64,000 nt of DNA from an uncultured Muribaculaceae bacterium (GTDB lineage Bacteria > Bacillota_I > Bacilli_A > RF39 > UBA660): assembly GCA_964369355.1 (NCBI GenBank), contig CAYJEO010000002.1:5-64004 (forward strand), given 5' to 3'. The position numbers were made by a program, and so were the translations under genes. Of this stretch, positions 26,079 through 37,242 are shown one piece after another. The notes under the pieces were generated by a model. That model was given only the letters and a program-made list of their open reading frames with translations. It had not been told where the DNA came from and did no database searches. How positions within the stretch are numbered: position 1 is the stretch's first letter; the number at the start of each line of letters is the position of its first letter.

Positions 26079-27962
26079 GTGGATAAGAGAGTTGTTAATA
26101 ATTTAAAAACTTTAGGAATAGATATGATTTCAAAAGCAAACAGTGGTCATCCTGGCATTGTTTTAGGAGCAGCACCAATAATATATGCTTTATATAAAGA
26201 TCATATTCAAGTTAAACCAAATGATCCTACATGGGTTAATAGAGATAGATTTGTAATGTCAGCAGGACATGGTTCTGCTTTATTATATGCCAATTTATTT
26301 ATGGCAGGATTTGGAATAACAATAGAAGATTTACAAAAATTTAGAAGCCTACATTCGAAAACACCAGGACATCCAGAAGTTCATCAAACACCAGGTGTTG
26401 ATATGTCAACAGGTCCATTAGGTCAAGGTTTTTCTTCAGCGGTAGGTATGGCTATGGCTGAAAAAAGATTAAATGCATTGGATAGTGAAAAGTATAATTA
26501 TAATGTATATGCACTATGTGGTGATGGGGATTTAATGGAAGGTGTTGCTTTAGAATCAGCTGCAATAGCAGGAAAATTACAACTAGATAATTTAATTGTT
26601 TTATATGATTCTAACGACATTACATTAGATGCAGACTTTGAAACATCTTCAAGTGGTTATGTATTAGAAAAATTTTATGCAATGGGTTGGGATGTATTGT
26701 ATGTTAAAAATGGTAGTAACATTAAAGCAATATCAAAAGCAATTAAAAGAGCAAAGAAAAATTTAAGACCTACATTAATCGAAATAAAAACAAAAATTGG
26801 ACATGGATCACTTTTAGAAGGTAGTTCTAAAGTACATGGTAAAGTATTAACAGAAGAAGATGTAATACAGTTAAAAGAAAAATTAAAAATAAACAATACA
26901 CCGTTTTTTATAGATGAAGAAGCTAAAAAATACTTTATTGACAATATTTATAAAAACAGTTTTGAAAAATATAAGAATTGGAAAGAATTACATAATAATT
27001 TTGAAAAAACTGAACGAATTAATTTAATGAAATATGATTATGGATTTAAAGCATTTGAAGCAACAAGAGACTCAAATTATAAAGTAATGCAGCAACTTGA
27101 TTCATTAGTTCCTAATCTTTTTGGAGGTTCAGCAGACTTATCAAGTTCTACTAAAGCATATATTGAAAACGGTAATATCTTTTCAAAAGAAAACTATGCA
27201 GGAAAAAATATATTTTTTGGAGTAAGAGAACATGCAATGGGTGCTATTATGAATGGACTTTCATTATCTGGATTTATTTCATATGGTTCTACATTTTTAG
27301 TATTTTCAGATTATTTAAAACCTGCTATTAGATTAGCGGCCTTAATGAATTTAAACGTAGTTAATATATTTACACATGATTCTATAATGGTAGGTGAAGA
27401 TGGACCTACACATCAACCAATTGAACAATTAGGTTCATTAAGAGAAATACCTAATCACTTTGTATTTAGACCTGCAGATGGTAAAGAGTTAGTTGGATGT
27501 TGGGATTACATTATAAATAATAAAATATCTGCTTCATTAGCATTATCAAGAACAGAAACACCTTTATTAATTGAAACATTAGAAGATGCAGTTTATAAAG
27601 GCGGATATATAGTACATAAAGAAGAAGGTAAGTTAGATGCTATAATAGTAGCAACGGGAACTGAAGTATCATTAGCTTTAAAAGTAGCTAAAGCAATAAA
27701 TAAAAACATAAGAGTTGTTAGTATGCCTTGTGTAGAACTATTTAATAAGCAATTAAAAAAATATCAAAATGAAATATTACCTAAGACTAAAAAAACTATA
27801 GTAATAGAAGCATCATCTAGTCATATATGGTATAAATATGCCAAAGAAGAAAACATAATTAATGTATCAAATTTTGGAGTAAGTGCTACAAAAGAAGATG
27901 TATTAGCATATTTTAAATTAGATGATAAAGCAGTTTTAGAAAAAGTAAAGAAACTAATATAA
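26079..27962 (+). CDS. tkt: Transketolase
   Basis: SGHPG, GDGDLMEG and the TPP/pyrimidine-binding pattern throughout. GTG 26079 (8 nt after agggag) is preferred over GTG 26070. Confidence 0.92.
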   Translation: MDKRVVNNLKTLGIDMISKANSGHPGIVLGAAPIIYALYKDHIQVKPNDPTWVNRDRFVMSAGHGSALLYANLFMAGFGITIEDLQKFRSLHSKTPGHPEVHQTPGVDMSTGPLGQGFSSAVGMAMAEKRLNALDSEKYNYNVYALCGDGDLMEGVALESAAIAGKLQLDNLIVLYDSNDITLDADFETSSSGYVLEKFYAMGWDVLYVKNGSNIKAISKAIKRAKKNLRPTLIEIKTKIGHGSLLEGSSKVHGKVLTEEDVIQLKEKLKINNTPFFIDEEAKKYFIDNIYKNSFEKYKNWKELHNNFEKTERINLMKYDYGFKAFEATRDSNYKVMQQLDSLVPNLFGGSADLSSSTKAYIENGNIFSKENYAGKNIFFGVREHAMGAIMNGLSLSGFISYGSTFLVFSDYLKPAIRLAALMNLNVVNIFTHDSIMVGEDGPTHQPIEQLGSLREIPNHFVFRPADGKELVGCWDYIINNKISASLALSRTETPLLIETLEDAVYKGGYIVHKEEGKLDAIIVATGTEVSLALKVAKAINKNIRVVSMPCVELFNKQLKKYQNEILPKTKKTIVIEASSSHIWYKYAKEENIINVSNFGVSATKEDVLAYFKLDDKAVLEKVKKLI

Positions 27963-27975
27963 GTTTCTTTTTTTT
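27947..27975 (+). terminator. Intrinsic terminator after tkt
   Basis: aaagaaac/gtttcttt 8-bp stem and a T-tract. The hairpin spans the stop codon. Confidence 0.6.
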
Positions 27976-28023
27976 GACAAATTATAACAATTTAATAATT
28001 TATTATATAAATAGGTGATTTTA

Positions 28024-28446
28024 ATGCGAAAATATAATTTGTTTTTAATTAAAGATGAATATGTAAAATCTTATTCTAATAATAGAATAATACTTTTTAA
28101 AACTTTGAAAAATTTATATGAAATAAAGACCAATGTTAATTATAGTTTATCTATATATAATCAAATATGTAATGTATTTGATAAAAAATTATTGCTATAT
28201 TACTTTCATAATAAAAAAGCCTTTATAAATGATAACAACTTATTTTATTTAAATACTCAAAAAGAAGAAAGTGTTATTAAAATTAATTATTCAGCACTTA
28301 CATTAGCGACTAATAATAATTTTTCAGATATATTTAAAATACTTAAAATATATAATCAAAATATATTTGTATGTGATTTTTTAAATAATGACTACTTTTG
28401 GATAAAAGAATATAATCATATTAGTAATATAAATAAATATAATTAA
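28024..28446 (+). CDS. SirA-like (DUF2522) protein, tentative
   Basis: The N-terminus [18 protein letters not shown] resembles the SirA-family YxxYLIKEEFxxxYFG start. The position between tkt and yneF matches sirA (yneE) in B. subtilis. Confidence 0.45.
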   Translation: MRKYNLFLIKDEYVKSYSNNRIILFKTLKNLYEIKTNVNYSLSIYNQICNVFDKKLLLYYFHNKKAFINDNNLFYLNTQKEESVIKINYSALTLATNNNFSDIFKILKIYNQNIFVCDFLNNDYFWIKEYNHISNINKYN

Positions 28447-28502
28447 GTATAGTCTTGTATTTTCAATCATTTTTTAGTAAAATTATTGTGGAGATGATAA
28501 TA

Positions 28503-28721
28503 ATGGAATTTTTAGTAGATGTACTACAAATAGTAGGTGGATTTATAGCAGGAGCAGTATTAGGATTTTTCTTAGCTCGTAACTATATGAAAAAATATAT
28601 GAAAAAAAACCCACCAATCAATGAACAAATGATTAGAGCAATGATGTCAGGCATGGGTAGAACTCCAAGCCAAAAACAAGTTAATCAAATGATGAAGACA
28701 ATGACTAAAAACTTTGAATAG
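28503..28721 (+). CDS. yneF: UPF0154 family small membrane protein
   Basis: One TM helix, then [43 protein letters not shown], which is close to B. subtilis YneF. ATG 28503 follows ggag. Confidence 0.85.
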   Translation: MEFLVDVLQIVGGFIAGAVLGFFLARNYMKKYMKKNPPINEQMIRAMMSGMGRTPSQKQVNQMMKTMTKNFE

Positions 28722-28749
28722 TCATTGTTTTTTTGTTAGGAGGAATTTT

Positions 28750-29388
28750 ATTAAACCATTAATCGGTATTATTTTAAGACCTGATAAAAGTTTAGAAGGT
28801 CATGATATTCATTTGTTATATGATAAATTCTTATACATAAGTAAAAGATTAAACTTTACTTGTATCGGAATACCTTTAACTAATAGTATAAAAGAAAATA
28901 AAAAATTAATAGATTTATGTGATGGAATAATCGGGCAAGGTGGAGATGATTTTTTAAAAAAAGATATATCTTTAATAAAATATATTTATGATAAAAACAT
29001 TCCATTTTTAGGTATATGTTTAAGCATGCAAGCTATGGGGTATTTATTTTCAGGTGAATTAAAAGAAATAAAAACTTTAAAAAATAAACAAAATCATAAA
29101 GATAAAAAAGACTATGTTCATAAAATTAAAATCAAAAAAAATACTTTATTATATAAAATAGTAAAAAAAGAAGTTATAGAAGTAAATAGCAGGCATAAAA
29201 GCACAATAATAAACACTAAATTAAATATAAGTGCTATTAGTAAAGATAATATAGTAGAAGCAATTGAAGATACTAATAAATTATTTTTTCTAGGATTACA
29301 ATGGCACCCTGAATCTTTATTTGATAAAGATAAATTTAATTATAAAATATGTAGATATTTTGTTAAAGTAAGTGGAGGAAAAAAATGA
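28750..29388 (+). CDS. Peptidase C26 / class I glutamine amidotransferase-like hydrolase
   Basis: GICLSMQAMG (nucleophile Cys) and LQWHPE (His/Glu). The family N-terminus (M)KPLIGI begins at ATT 28750, 6 nt after the perfect SD AGGAGG. The track start at TTG 28714 has no SD. Confidence 0.7.
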   Translation: MKPLIGIILRPDKSLEGHDIHLLYDKFLYISKRLNFTCIGIPLTNSIKENKKLIDLCDGIIGQGGDDFLKKDISLIKYIYDKNIPFLGICLSMQAMGYLFSGELKEIKTLKNKQNHKDKKDYVHKIKIKKNTLLYKIVKKEVIEVNSRHKSTIINTKLNISAISKDNIVEAIEDTNKLFFLGLQWHPESLFDKDKFNYKICRYFVKVSGGKK

Positions 29389-30680
29389 CTTTAAAACAAT
29401 TATTAAAAGTAAGTAAAGGTAGTATAATAAACGAATATAAAGAAGTTAAAATAAAAAAACTATCAACAGATACAAGAACTATGAATAGCAAAGATTTTTT
29501 TGTAGCATTAACTGGTAAAAACTATAATGGGCACGGATTTATAAAAGAGGCAATTTCTAAAAAAGCATCAGCAATAATAATAGAAGAAGATATTGATATT
29601 AGTACTAATATACCTATAATAAAAGTAAATAACACATATGATTTTTTAATAGACTATGCTACTTATTTAAGAGAAAAATACAAAAAAATACCTTTAATTG
29701 CTATAACTGGAAGTGTTGGAAAAACTACAACTAAAGATTTAATATCACATATTTTAAGTGATAAATATAAAGTGTTATTTTCAAGTAAAAGCCAAAACAA
29801 TCATATAGGAATACCTATTACTTTATCTAAATTAAATAATACTCATGATTTAATAGTGTTAGAACTTGGGATGAATCATTTAAAAGAAATATCAAAACTA
29901 TCTAAAATAGTAAAACCTGATCTAGCAATAATAACGAATATAGGTACATCTCATATAGGTATTTTAAAAAATAAAAAAAATATACTAAAAGCTAAACTAG
30001 AAATATTAGATGGAATGAATAATAAAAAACTTTTAATAAATAACAATGATAAATATTTAAAAAAATTAAAAAACACTATTAAACATGATGAAGAGTTATA
30101 TATAAACAATTTAGAACAATCACTAGAAAAAACAACTTTTGATTTAACTTATAAAGATAATAAATATAAATGTATTTTAAATTTTCCAGCTATTCATTTA
30201 ATAGATAATATATTAATAGCTATAAAATGTGGTTTAATGTATGATATAGAAATTACCGATATTGTAAAACTATTAAAATCATTTGAAATGAATGAAAATA
30301 GATTAAATATATTTAAAAAAGAAAATAATGTAATAATAGATGATACTTATAATGCATCAAAAGAATCAATGATAGCTTTATTTAACATAGTGAAAAATGA
30401 AGATGTAAAAAATATATTCATATTAGCAGATATTTTAGAAACAGGCAAACATACCAAAAAAATACATAGAAGTATAAAAAAAGAATTAGATAAAATAGAA
30501 AATAAAGAAGTAATAACGATAGGTAATAACTTTAAAAAATTAAAATACAAAAACTTTAATACAATAGAAGAAATAAATAATTACTTATTAAATAAAAAAT
30601 ATGAAAATGTTATATATGCTATAAAAGGCTCTAATGCTTTCAATTTAAAACAAGTAGTAAATTTTTTAAAAAATAATTGA
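29385..30680 (+). CDS. murF: UDP-N-acetylmuramoyl-tripeptide--D-alanyl-D-alanine ligase
   Basis: DTRTMNSKDFFVALTGKNYNGHGF and the ITGSVGKTTTKD P-loop. Mur-ligase architecture. Confidence 0.85.
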   Translation: MTLKQLLKVSKGSIINEYKEVKIKKLSTDTRTMNSKDFFVALTGKNYNGHGFIKEAISKKASAIIIEEDIDISTNIPIIKVNNTYDFLIDYATYLREKYKKIPLIAITGSVGKTTTKDLISHILSDKYKVLFSSKSQNNHIGIPITLSKLNNTHDLIVLELGMNHLKEISKLSKIVKPDLAIITNIGTSHIGILKNKKNILKAKLEILDGMNNKKLLINNNDKYLKKLKNTIKHDEELYINNLEQSLEKTTFDLTYKDNKYKCILNFPAIHLIDNILIAIKCGLMYDIEITDIVKLLKSFEMNENRLNIFKKENNVIIDDTYNASKESMIALFNIVKNEDVKNIFILADILETGKHTKKIHRSIKKELDKIENKEVITIGNNFKKLKYKNFNTIEEINNYLLNKKYENVIYAIKGSNAFNLKQVVNFLKNN

Positions 30681-30734
30681 CAAAATTAAATAAAGATTAT
30701 ATATTAGTGTTCTAAGACAAGAAGGAGTAATCGT

Positions 30735-31241
30735 ATGAAAATTAAATTATTACAAGAACAATTAGAAGAACTAGAAAAACAATATCCAATGCTAGAGCAA
30801 CGTATTCAAAATTTAATAGGATCAACAAAAGATAATATTGAAATGTTTAAAGAAGAAAACTGTGGTATGATACCTGATACAAGTTTTATGTATGATTTAA
30901 ACACAACAACATTATTAAAAAAGAAAGCTGAATCTTATTTATCAGATTACGAAATAGTAGAGAGTAATAGTGATGTAATTACGTATGGTACAAGATTTAA
31001 TACTATATTTAATGGTAATTCATCTGAAGAATTAATATTTGTAGAAACTATTGATTTTTTACCAGAACATTTAAAATATATGGCAGTTACTAAAGAATCT
31101 CCAGTAGGAAATGCATTATTTGGTAAATCTTTAAATGATGAAATTAAAATACACGTAAATGGAAGAGAAATGAGTATTGTAATTACTGAAATATTAAAAG
31201 ATACTGTATTAGAAGAAAATAAAGTAAAAACATTAATTTAA
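30735..31241 (+). CDS. Protein with a GreA/GreB-type C-terminal domain (transcription-factor-like)
   Basis: The C-terminus ESPVGNALFGKSLNDEIKIHVNGREMSIVITEI matches the GreA C-terminal domain. The N-terminus is coiled-coil but lacks the canonical GreA finger motif. Confidence 0.45.
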   Translation: MKIKLLQEQLEELEKQYPMLEQRIQNLIGSTKDNIEMFKEENCGMIPDTSFMYDLNTTTLLKKKAESYLSDYEIVESNSDVITYGTRFNTIFNGNSSEELIFVETIDFLPEHLKYMAVTKESPVGNALFGKSLNDEIKIHVNGREMSIVITEILKDTVLEENKVKTLI

Positions 31242-31262
31242 AACCAATTTATTTGGTTTTTT
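31241..31262 (+). terminator. Intrinsic terminator
   Basis: aaaccaa/ttggttt stem with a 5-nt loop and a T-tract. Confidence 0.6.
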
Positions 31263-31297
31263 ATTTGTCTTATGATATACTTTTTAAGCAGAGGTGA

Positions 31298-32424
<1,127 letters not shown>

Positions 32425-32438
<14 letters not shown>

Positions 32439-32790
32439 TATTTATACCAATCATTCCACCTAACATCGAACTTATTAGTAAAATTATATAATATAATAAA
32501 TTTTTAAAATCATAAGTATAGTTAAATAACAAAATACTAATTAAAATAAAAACAAATAACAATATTAATCCGATTTTTAATCCTTCTAACCATCCTTTAG
32601 ATAATACTTTTTTTCCCATATAAATACCAGATACTAAAAAAGATATGCTAGGAATTATTATATCCATAAAAGAAGAAATACTAGAACTAATTATATTAAA
32701 ATAATAAAGGCTTGAGAATATAAAAGAAGTAATAACTATAAATCCTAACATAATTAGTGTACAAACACTTGCATTTTTTAAATATTTCAT
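32425..32790 (-). CDS. Small membrane protein, YrzE/TIGR04086-like
   Basis: 4 TM helices with KGWLEGLKIG and GGMIG segments. The position matches the B. subtilis tgt...spoVB neighbourhood. Confidence 0.5.
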
Positions 32791-32862
32791 AAAATCCTCC
32801 TATAAAATCTTATTCTATGAATACTTATTTATTACTTATTACATAATTAAATAGGTGATTTT

Positions 32863-33438
32863 ATGAACTTATTAATTTTTACTATTTTATTAATAGTTTT
32901 ATTTAAAACGAACAATAAAGAAATTTCTTTATTAACTACTTTAGAGTTAAGTTATTTGTTTATATATTTAATATTAATAACATTTTATTTAATAAATATT
33001 ATTAGTTTATATTATTTATTATTTATAATATTATTACTTATATTATTAAAAGTAATTAATATTAAAAAAGAAATTGTTAAACCTAGATTTATAATAAGTA
33101 ATGGTATCGTTAATTTTAATCAATTAGTAAAATCTAATATATCTTTAGATAATTTATTAAAAAAACTAGAAGAAAAAAATATAAAAGATATATCGAATAT
33201 AAACTTTGCCTATATAAATTCTCAAAATAAATTAATAGTTAATAACTATTTAGATGAATATCCTGTTATTTTAATGATTAATAATAAAATAAATAAAACT
33301 TTATTAAATTATTTAAATAAAAATGAATTATGGATTGAAAATATATTAAAAGAAAAAAATATAAAAATTAAAAGTGTTTTTTGTCTTTTATATACTAATG
33401 AAAAAATAATAGTAATACCTAAACATTTAAAAATTTAA
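32863..33438 (+). CDS. DUF421 (YrbG/YetF-like) membrane protein
   Basis: N-terminal TM helices, then ISNGIVNFNQLVKSNISLDNLLKKLEEKNIKDISNINFAYINSQNKLIV, which fits the DUF421 pattern. Confidence 0.5.
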   Translation: MNLLIFTILLIVLFKTNNKEISLLTTLELSYLFIYLILITFYLINIISLYYLLFIILLLILLKVINIKKEIVKPRFIISNGIVNFNQLVKSNISLDNLLKKLEEKNIKDISNINFAYINSQNKLIVNNYLDEYPVILMINNKINKTLLNYLNKNELWIENILKEKNIKIKSVFCLLYTNEKIIVIPKHLKI

Positions 33439-34708
33439 ATACATGTTTATATTGATAAAATGTAACAAATATTATATTAATAGTAGAAGCTATTATAATA
33501 CCTGAAAATCCAAATAAATAAGTAAATAAAATTAGAGAAATAGTTTTAATAATCATTCCATATAATGTACCTTTCATAGCAATAGATGCTTTTCCCATTG
33601 CCTGTAAACTAGAAGCTAAAGGCGACTGTATATAATGGATTAAAAATATAGGAGCAAGTATTTTAATATAGTTAATTCCTTCATTAGTATTATAAATTAA
33701 TTTTAATAAAATATCAGGGAATACCATGAAAATAAAAGTAGCAGGAATTCCTATTAATAATGAAATACCAATTCCTTGTTTAATTTTATTTTTAGTATAT
33801 AAATATAATTTATCACTATAATTTTTAGAAACAACAGGTATTAAGGCATGAGATATAGCAGATGAAAAAAATGATGGTAGTAATAATAAAGGCATTACGT
33901 AACCTGCTAAAATACCATAATTAGTTAAAATAAAATCGTTTGAATATCCTAAATATAATAAAATTGATGTTAATATAATAGGTTCAAAGAAATATCCAAT
34001 AGAACCTATTAATCTAGATCCAGTAGTAGGTAGGCTTATATCTAATACTTTTTTCATACTGTTTTTACTAACTTTTAAATCATCTTTAGTAATATTTTTT
34101 TTAGGTATTAAAAATAAGAAAACAATAATAGCAGATAATTCACTAAAAATATTTGTTAATATGACAAAGAAAATTGTTTGTTCTATACCTAATTTTAAAA
34201 AGTAAGGAACACCTATTACTATAAAAATAAGTTTTACGATATCTTCTAAAATGTTAGTTAAAACATGTACTAGCATTTTTTCTTTACCAAAGAAATATCC
34301 TCTTAACATACTAGAAATTGAAATAAAAGGTAATACAAAACCAATAGCGATTAAGGGGAGATAAGTTTTTTGTTCTTGTAATAAAACTGATGATATAAAA
34401 TCTGCTGATAATAACATAAAGATTAACATAATTAAATTTAATAATAAACAAAGAGGGATAACTGATATAAATAAAGATTTAGTATTGTGCTTTTGTTCTG
34501 CCACTAGTTTTGAAATAGCAGTAGGTAGTCCTAATTGTGCCAGTGCTATAAATAACATAAAAGTAGGCATAACCATCATATATATTCCCATACCAGTTGT
34601 TCCTAACATGCGCGTTACTATAATTCTTATTATCATTGAAAGTATTTTTGTAATAAAACCACCGATGATTAAAATAACTGTAGACTGTATAAATTTGCTT
34701 TTTTTCAT
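33419..34708 (-). CDS. MOP-superfamily flippase, SpoVB-like
   Basis: The N-terminus ILIIGGFITKILSMIIRIIVTRMLGTTGMGIYMMVMPTFMLFIALAQLGLPTAISKLVAE is close to SpoVB. It is polytopic and shorter (429 aa) than B. subtilis SpoVB. Confidence 0.7.
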   Translation of the reverse strand: MKKSKFIQSTVILIIGGFITKILSMIIRIIVTRMLGTTGMGIYMMVMPTFMLFIALAQLGLPTAISKLVAEQKHNTKSLFISVIPLCLLLNLIMLIFMLLSADFISSVLLQEQKTYLPLIAIGFVLPFISISSMLRGYFFGKEKMLVHVLTNILEDIVKLIFIVIGVPYFLKLGIEQTIFFVILTNIFSELSAIIVFLFLIPKKNITKDDLKVSKNSMKKVLDISLPTTGSRLIGSIGYFFEPIILTSILLYLGYSNDFILTNYGILAGYVMPLLLLPSFFSSAISHALIPVVSKNYSDKLYLYTKNKIKQGIGISLLIGIPATFIFMVFPDILLKLIYNTNEGINYIKILAPIFLIHYIQSPLASSLQAMGKASIAMKGTLYGMIIKTISLILFTYLFGFSGIIIASTINIIFVTFYQYKHVFKFLNV

Positions 34709-34807
34709 AATTCTCCTTTATTTATAATGTATTTTCATATATAATTAATATAGATACTTATTAAAACTATGACAAACTATAAAAAAATATACAAAGGAGG
34801 CTATATT

Positions 34808-35089
34808 ATGGATATACATTTCTCTACAATGCAAGAACTTTACACTAGAGTAACACCTGCTTTGCAAACTAAAGTAAATGATTCTGCAAGAGCAGGAATA
34901 ACATATATAAAAGAAGAAGATATATGGAATTACTTAAAAGAAAACAAATGGATTAAACAAAGTAATTTAGCTCTTTATGAAATGGTTAGTGATATTTTAA
35001 ATGTTGATATAATTTTAATTGAAAATTATTTACAACAAAAATTAAAAGTAGAAACAAGATCTCCTTTACTAGATGAGGTGAAATTATGA
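34808..35089 (+). CDS. ComN/YrzD-like post-transcriptional regulator
   Basis: The pattern VTPALQTKVND...YIKEEDIWNYLKENKWIK...LYEMVSDILNV resembles ComN. ATG 34808 follows aaaggagg. Confidence 0.6.
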   Translation: MDIHFSTMQELYTRVTPALQTKVNDSARAGITYIKEEDIWNYLKENKWIKQSNLALYEMVSDILNVDIILIENYLQQKLKVETRSPLLDEVKL

Positions 35090-37242
35090 AAAAAATACAA
35101 ATGACATATGAATTACTTTTTGACAAACTAAAAACGTATTTACCTGATGATACTGATTATTCTAAATTCATAGAAGCATATGAGTTAACTAAAGAACTTC
35201 ATTTAGGTAAAACAAGATTAACTGGTGAAGATTATATAATTCATCCTTTAACTACTGCTTATATATTAGCAAATATTAAAGCTGATTTAGCAACTATATG
35301 CGCAGCTTTATTACATGATTTATTAGAAAATAAATTAGCTACTAAAGAAGAGTTATTAGAAAAATTTGGTTTAGAAATAACTTCTTTAGTAGAAGGTATT
35401 ACTAAAATAAATAAATTAAATTTTGAAGGTAGTAATGAATCTGTTATAGCAAACCATAGAAAAATATTAGTTGGTATATCAGAAGATGTAAGAGTAATAA
35501 TTATAAAAATTGCAGATAGATTACACAACATGAGAACACTATGGGCAATACCTGAGAAAAAACAAAAAGAAAAAGCAAAAGAAACTTTGGATATAATTAT
35601 TCCTATAGCTTCTCGTTTAGGGCTTAATCAATTAAAAAGTGAATTAGAAGATTTATCTTTAAGATATTATAAACCAAATGTTTACTTTGATATAGTAGAA
35701 CAGTTAAATGCTACTAAAAAAGAGCGTGATGAGTCAGTTGAACACATGAAATCATCTATTGAAGAGTATTTAACTAAAAATAATATTAAACATAAAATTA
35801 AAGGTCGTTCTAAAAGTATTTATAGTATTTATAAAAAAATGGATGGCGGTAAAAAGTTTAGAGAAATTTATGATTTATATGCTTTAAGAGTATATGTTGA
35901 TACAGAATCTGATTGTTATCAAGCATTAGGTATAATTCATTCTAAATTTAAACCGATGCCAAAAAGATTTAAAGATTATGTAGCGATGCCTAAAGCAAAT
36001 ATGTATCAATCATTACATACAACTGTATTTGGTTCTGATTCACATTTGTTTGAAATACAAATTAGAACTTATGATATGGATATAATAGCAGAAAATGGAA
36101 TAGCTTCACACTGGTCTTATAAAGAACAAGGTAGTACTAAAGCAAATTTACAAAATGCTATGGAACAAAAATTACAATTTTTTAAAGCTGTAATGGAGTT
36201 AAAAGATCAAAGTGATAGTGAATTAATATCTTCGGTCAATGAAACAGTATTTAAAGAATCTATTTATGTATTTACACCAAAAGGTGATGTAATAGAATTA
36301 CCAACAGGAGCAACTCCAATAGACTTTGCTTATAGAGTACATAGTAGTGTTGGTGATAAAATGGTTGGAGCTATTGTAAATGATTCAATAGTACCGCTAG
36401 ATTATGAACTACAAGATAATGATATTATTAAAATAAATACAAATAAAAATTCTGTAGGTCCTTCTAAAGAATGGATCAATATGGCTAAAACTACACAAAC
36501 TAAAAATAAAATAAAATCATTTTTTAATAAAATAGATAAAGAAGAGTATAATAAAAATGGTTTAGATATGTTACAAAAAGATCTTAAAAAAAGAAAAATA
36601 TCTTATGCTGATTTCTTTACGAATGAAAATATAGAAAAAATATTAGATGAAACAAAATGTAAAACTTTAGAAGAATTATATATTAGTATTGGTAATAATA
36701 AATTATCAACAACAACAGTTATCAATACAATTGATAAAACAACAGATACTAAAGAAGATATTATTTTAAGAAGAATAGATAATAACAATATTAAAGAAAC
36801 TATTGTTAAAGGTGATATTATAGTACCTGGTATTGATAATATTAAAATAAATGTTGCATCTTGTTGTATGCCTATTCCAACTGATCAAATAATAGGGTAT
36901 ATTACTAAAGGAAATGGTATAACAGTTCATAGACTAAGTTGTCCAAATGTATCTGAAGTAGAAGAGAGATGTATTAATGTTGAATGGAATGAAAAAACTA
37001 CTAAAAGTTATCCAACTCAAATATTAGTGCATTCTGATGAATCTAAAAATATATTAATGGATATTATAGCTAAAACTAGTAAAACAGAAGTAACTGTCTT
37101 AAGTATTAATACAATTAATTCTAATCATGGATTTTTATTTGATGTAACTATTAGTGTACCTTCTAAAGAATTACTAGAAAAATTTATGATGGAACTTAAA
37201 AACATTAAATCTATTGTTTCAGTAGAAAGAATAATGAAATGA
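35086..37242 (+). CDS. relA: Bifunctional (p)ppGpp synthetase/hydrolase
   Basis: HD domain (HPL...LLHDLLEN), synthetase domain (RSKSIYSIYKKM, YQSLHTTV), and TGS and ACT regions. Confidence 0.93.
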   Translation: MKKIQMTYELLFDKLKTYLPDDTDYSKFIEAYELTKELHLGKTRLTGEDYIIHPLTTAYILANIKADLATICAALLHDLLENKLATKEELLEKFGLEITSLVEGITKINKLNFEGSNESVIANHRKILVGISEDVRVIIIKIADRLHNMRTLWAIPEKKQKEKAKETLDIIIPIASRLGLNQLKSELEDLSLRYYKPNVYFDIVEQLNATKKERDESVEHMKSSIEEYLTKNNIKHKIKGRSKSIYSIYKKMDGGKKFREIYDLYALRVYVDTESDCYQALGIIHSKFKPMPKRFKDYVAMPKANMYQSLHTTVFGSDSHLFEIQIRTYDMDIIAENGIASHWSYKEQGSTKANLQNAMEQKLQFFKAVMELKDQSDSELISSVNETVFKESIYVFTPKGDVIELPTGATPIDFAYRVHSSVGDKMVGAIVNDSIVPLDYELQDNDIIKINTNKNSVGPSKEWINMAKTTQTKNKIKSFFNKIDKEEYNKNGLDMLQKDLKKRKISYADFFTNENIEKILDETKCKTLEELYISIGNNKLSTTTVINTIDKTTDTKEDIILRRIDNNNIKETIVKGDIIVPGIDNIKINVASCCMPIPTDQIIGYITKGNGITVHRLSCPNVSEVEERCINVEWNEKTTKSYPTQILVHSDESKNILMDIIAKTSKTEVTVLSINTINSNHGFLFDVTISVPSKELLEKFMMELKNIKSIVSVERIMK

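Noticed and set aside
28714-30680. MurT/GatD-like lipid II amidation pair
   Set aside because: The ligase carries MurF-specific N-terminal motifs and is the only murF candidate in the window. The amidotransferase-like protein is C26/gamma-glutamyl-hydrolase-like rather than CobQ-type GatD.
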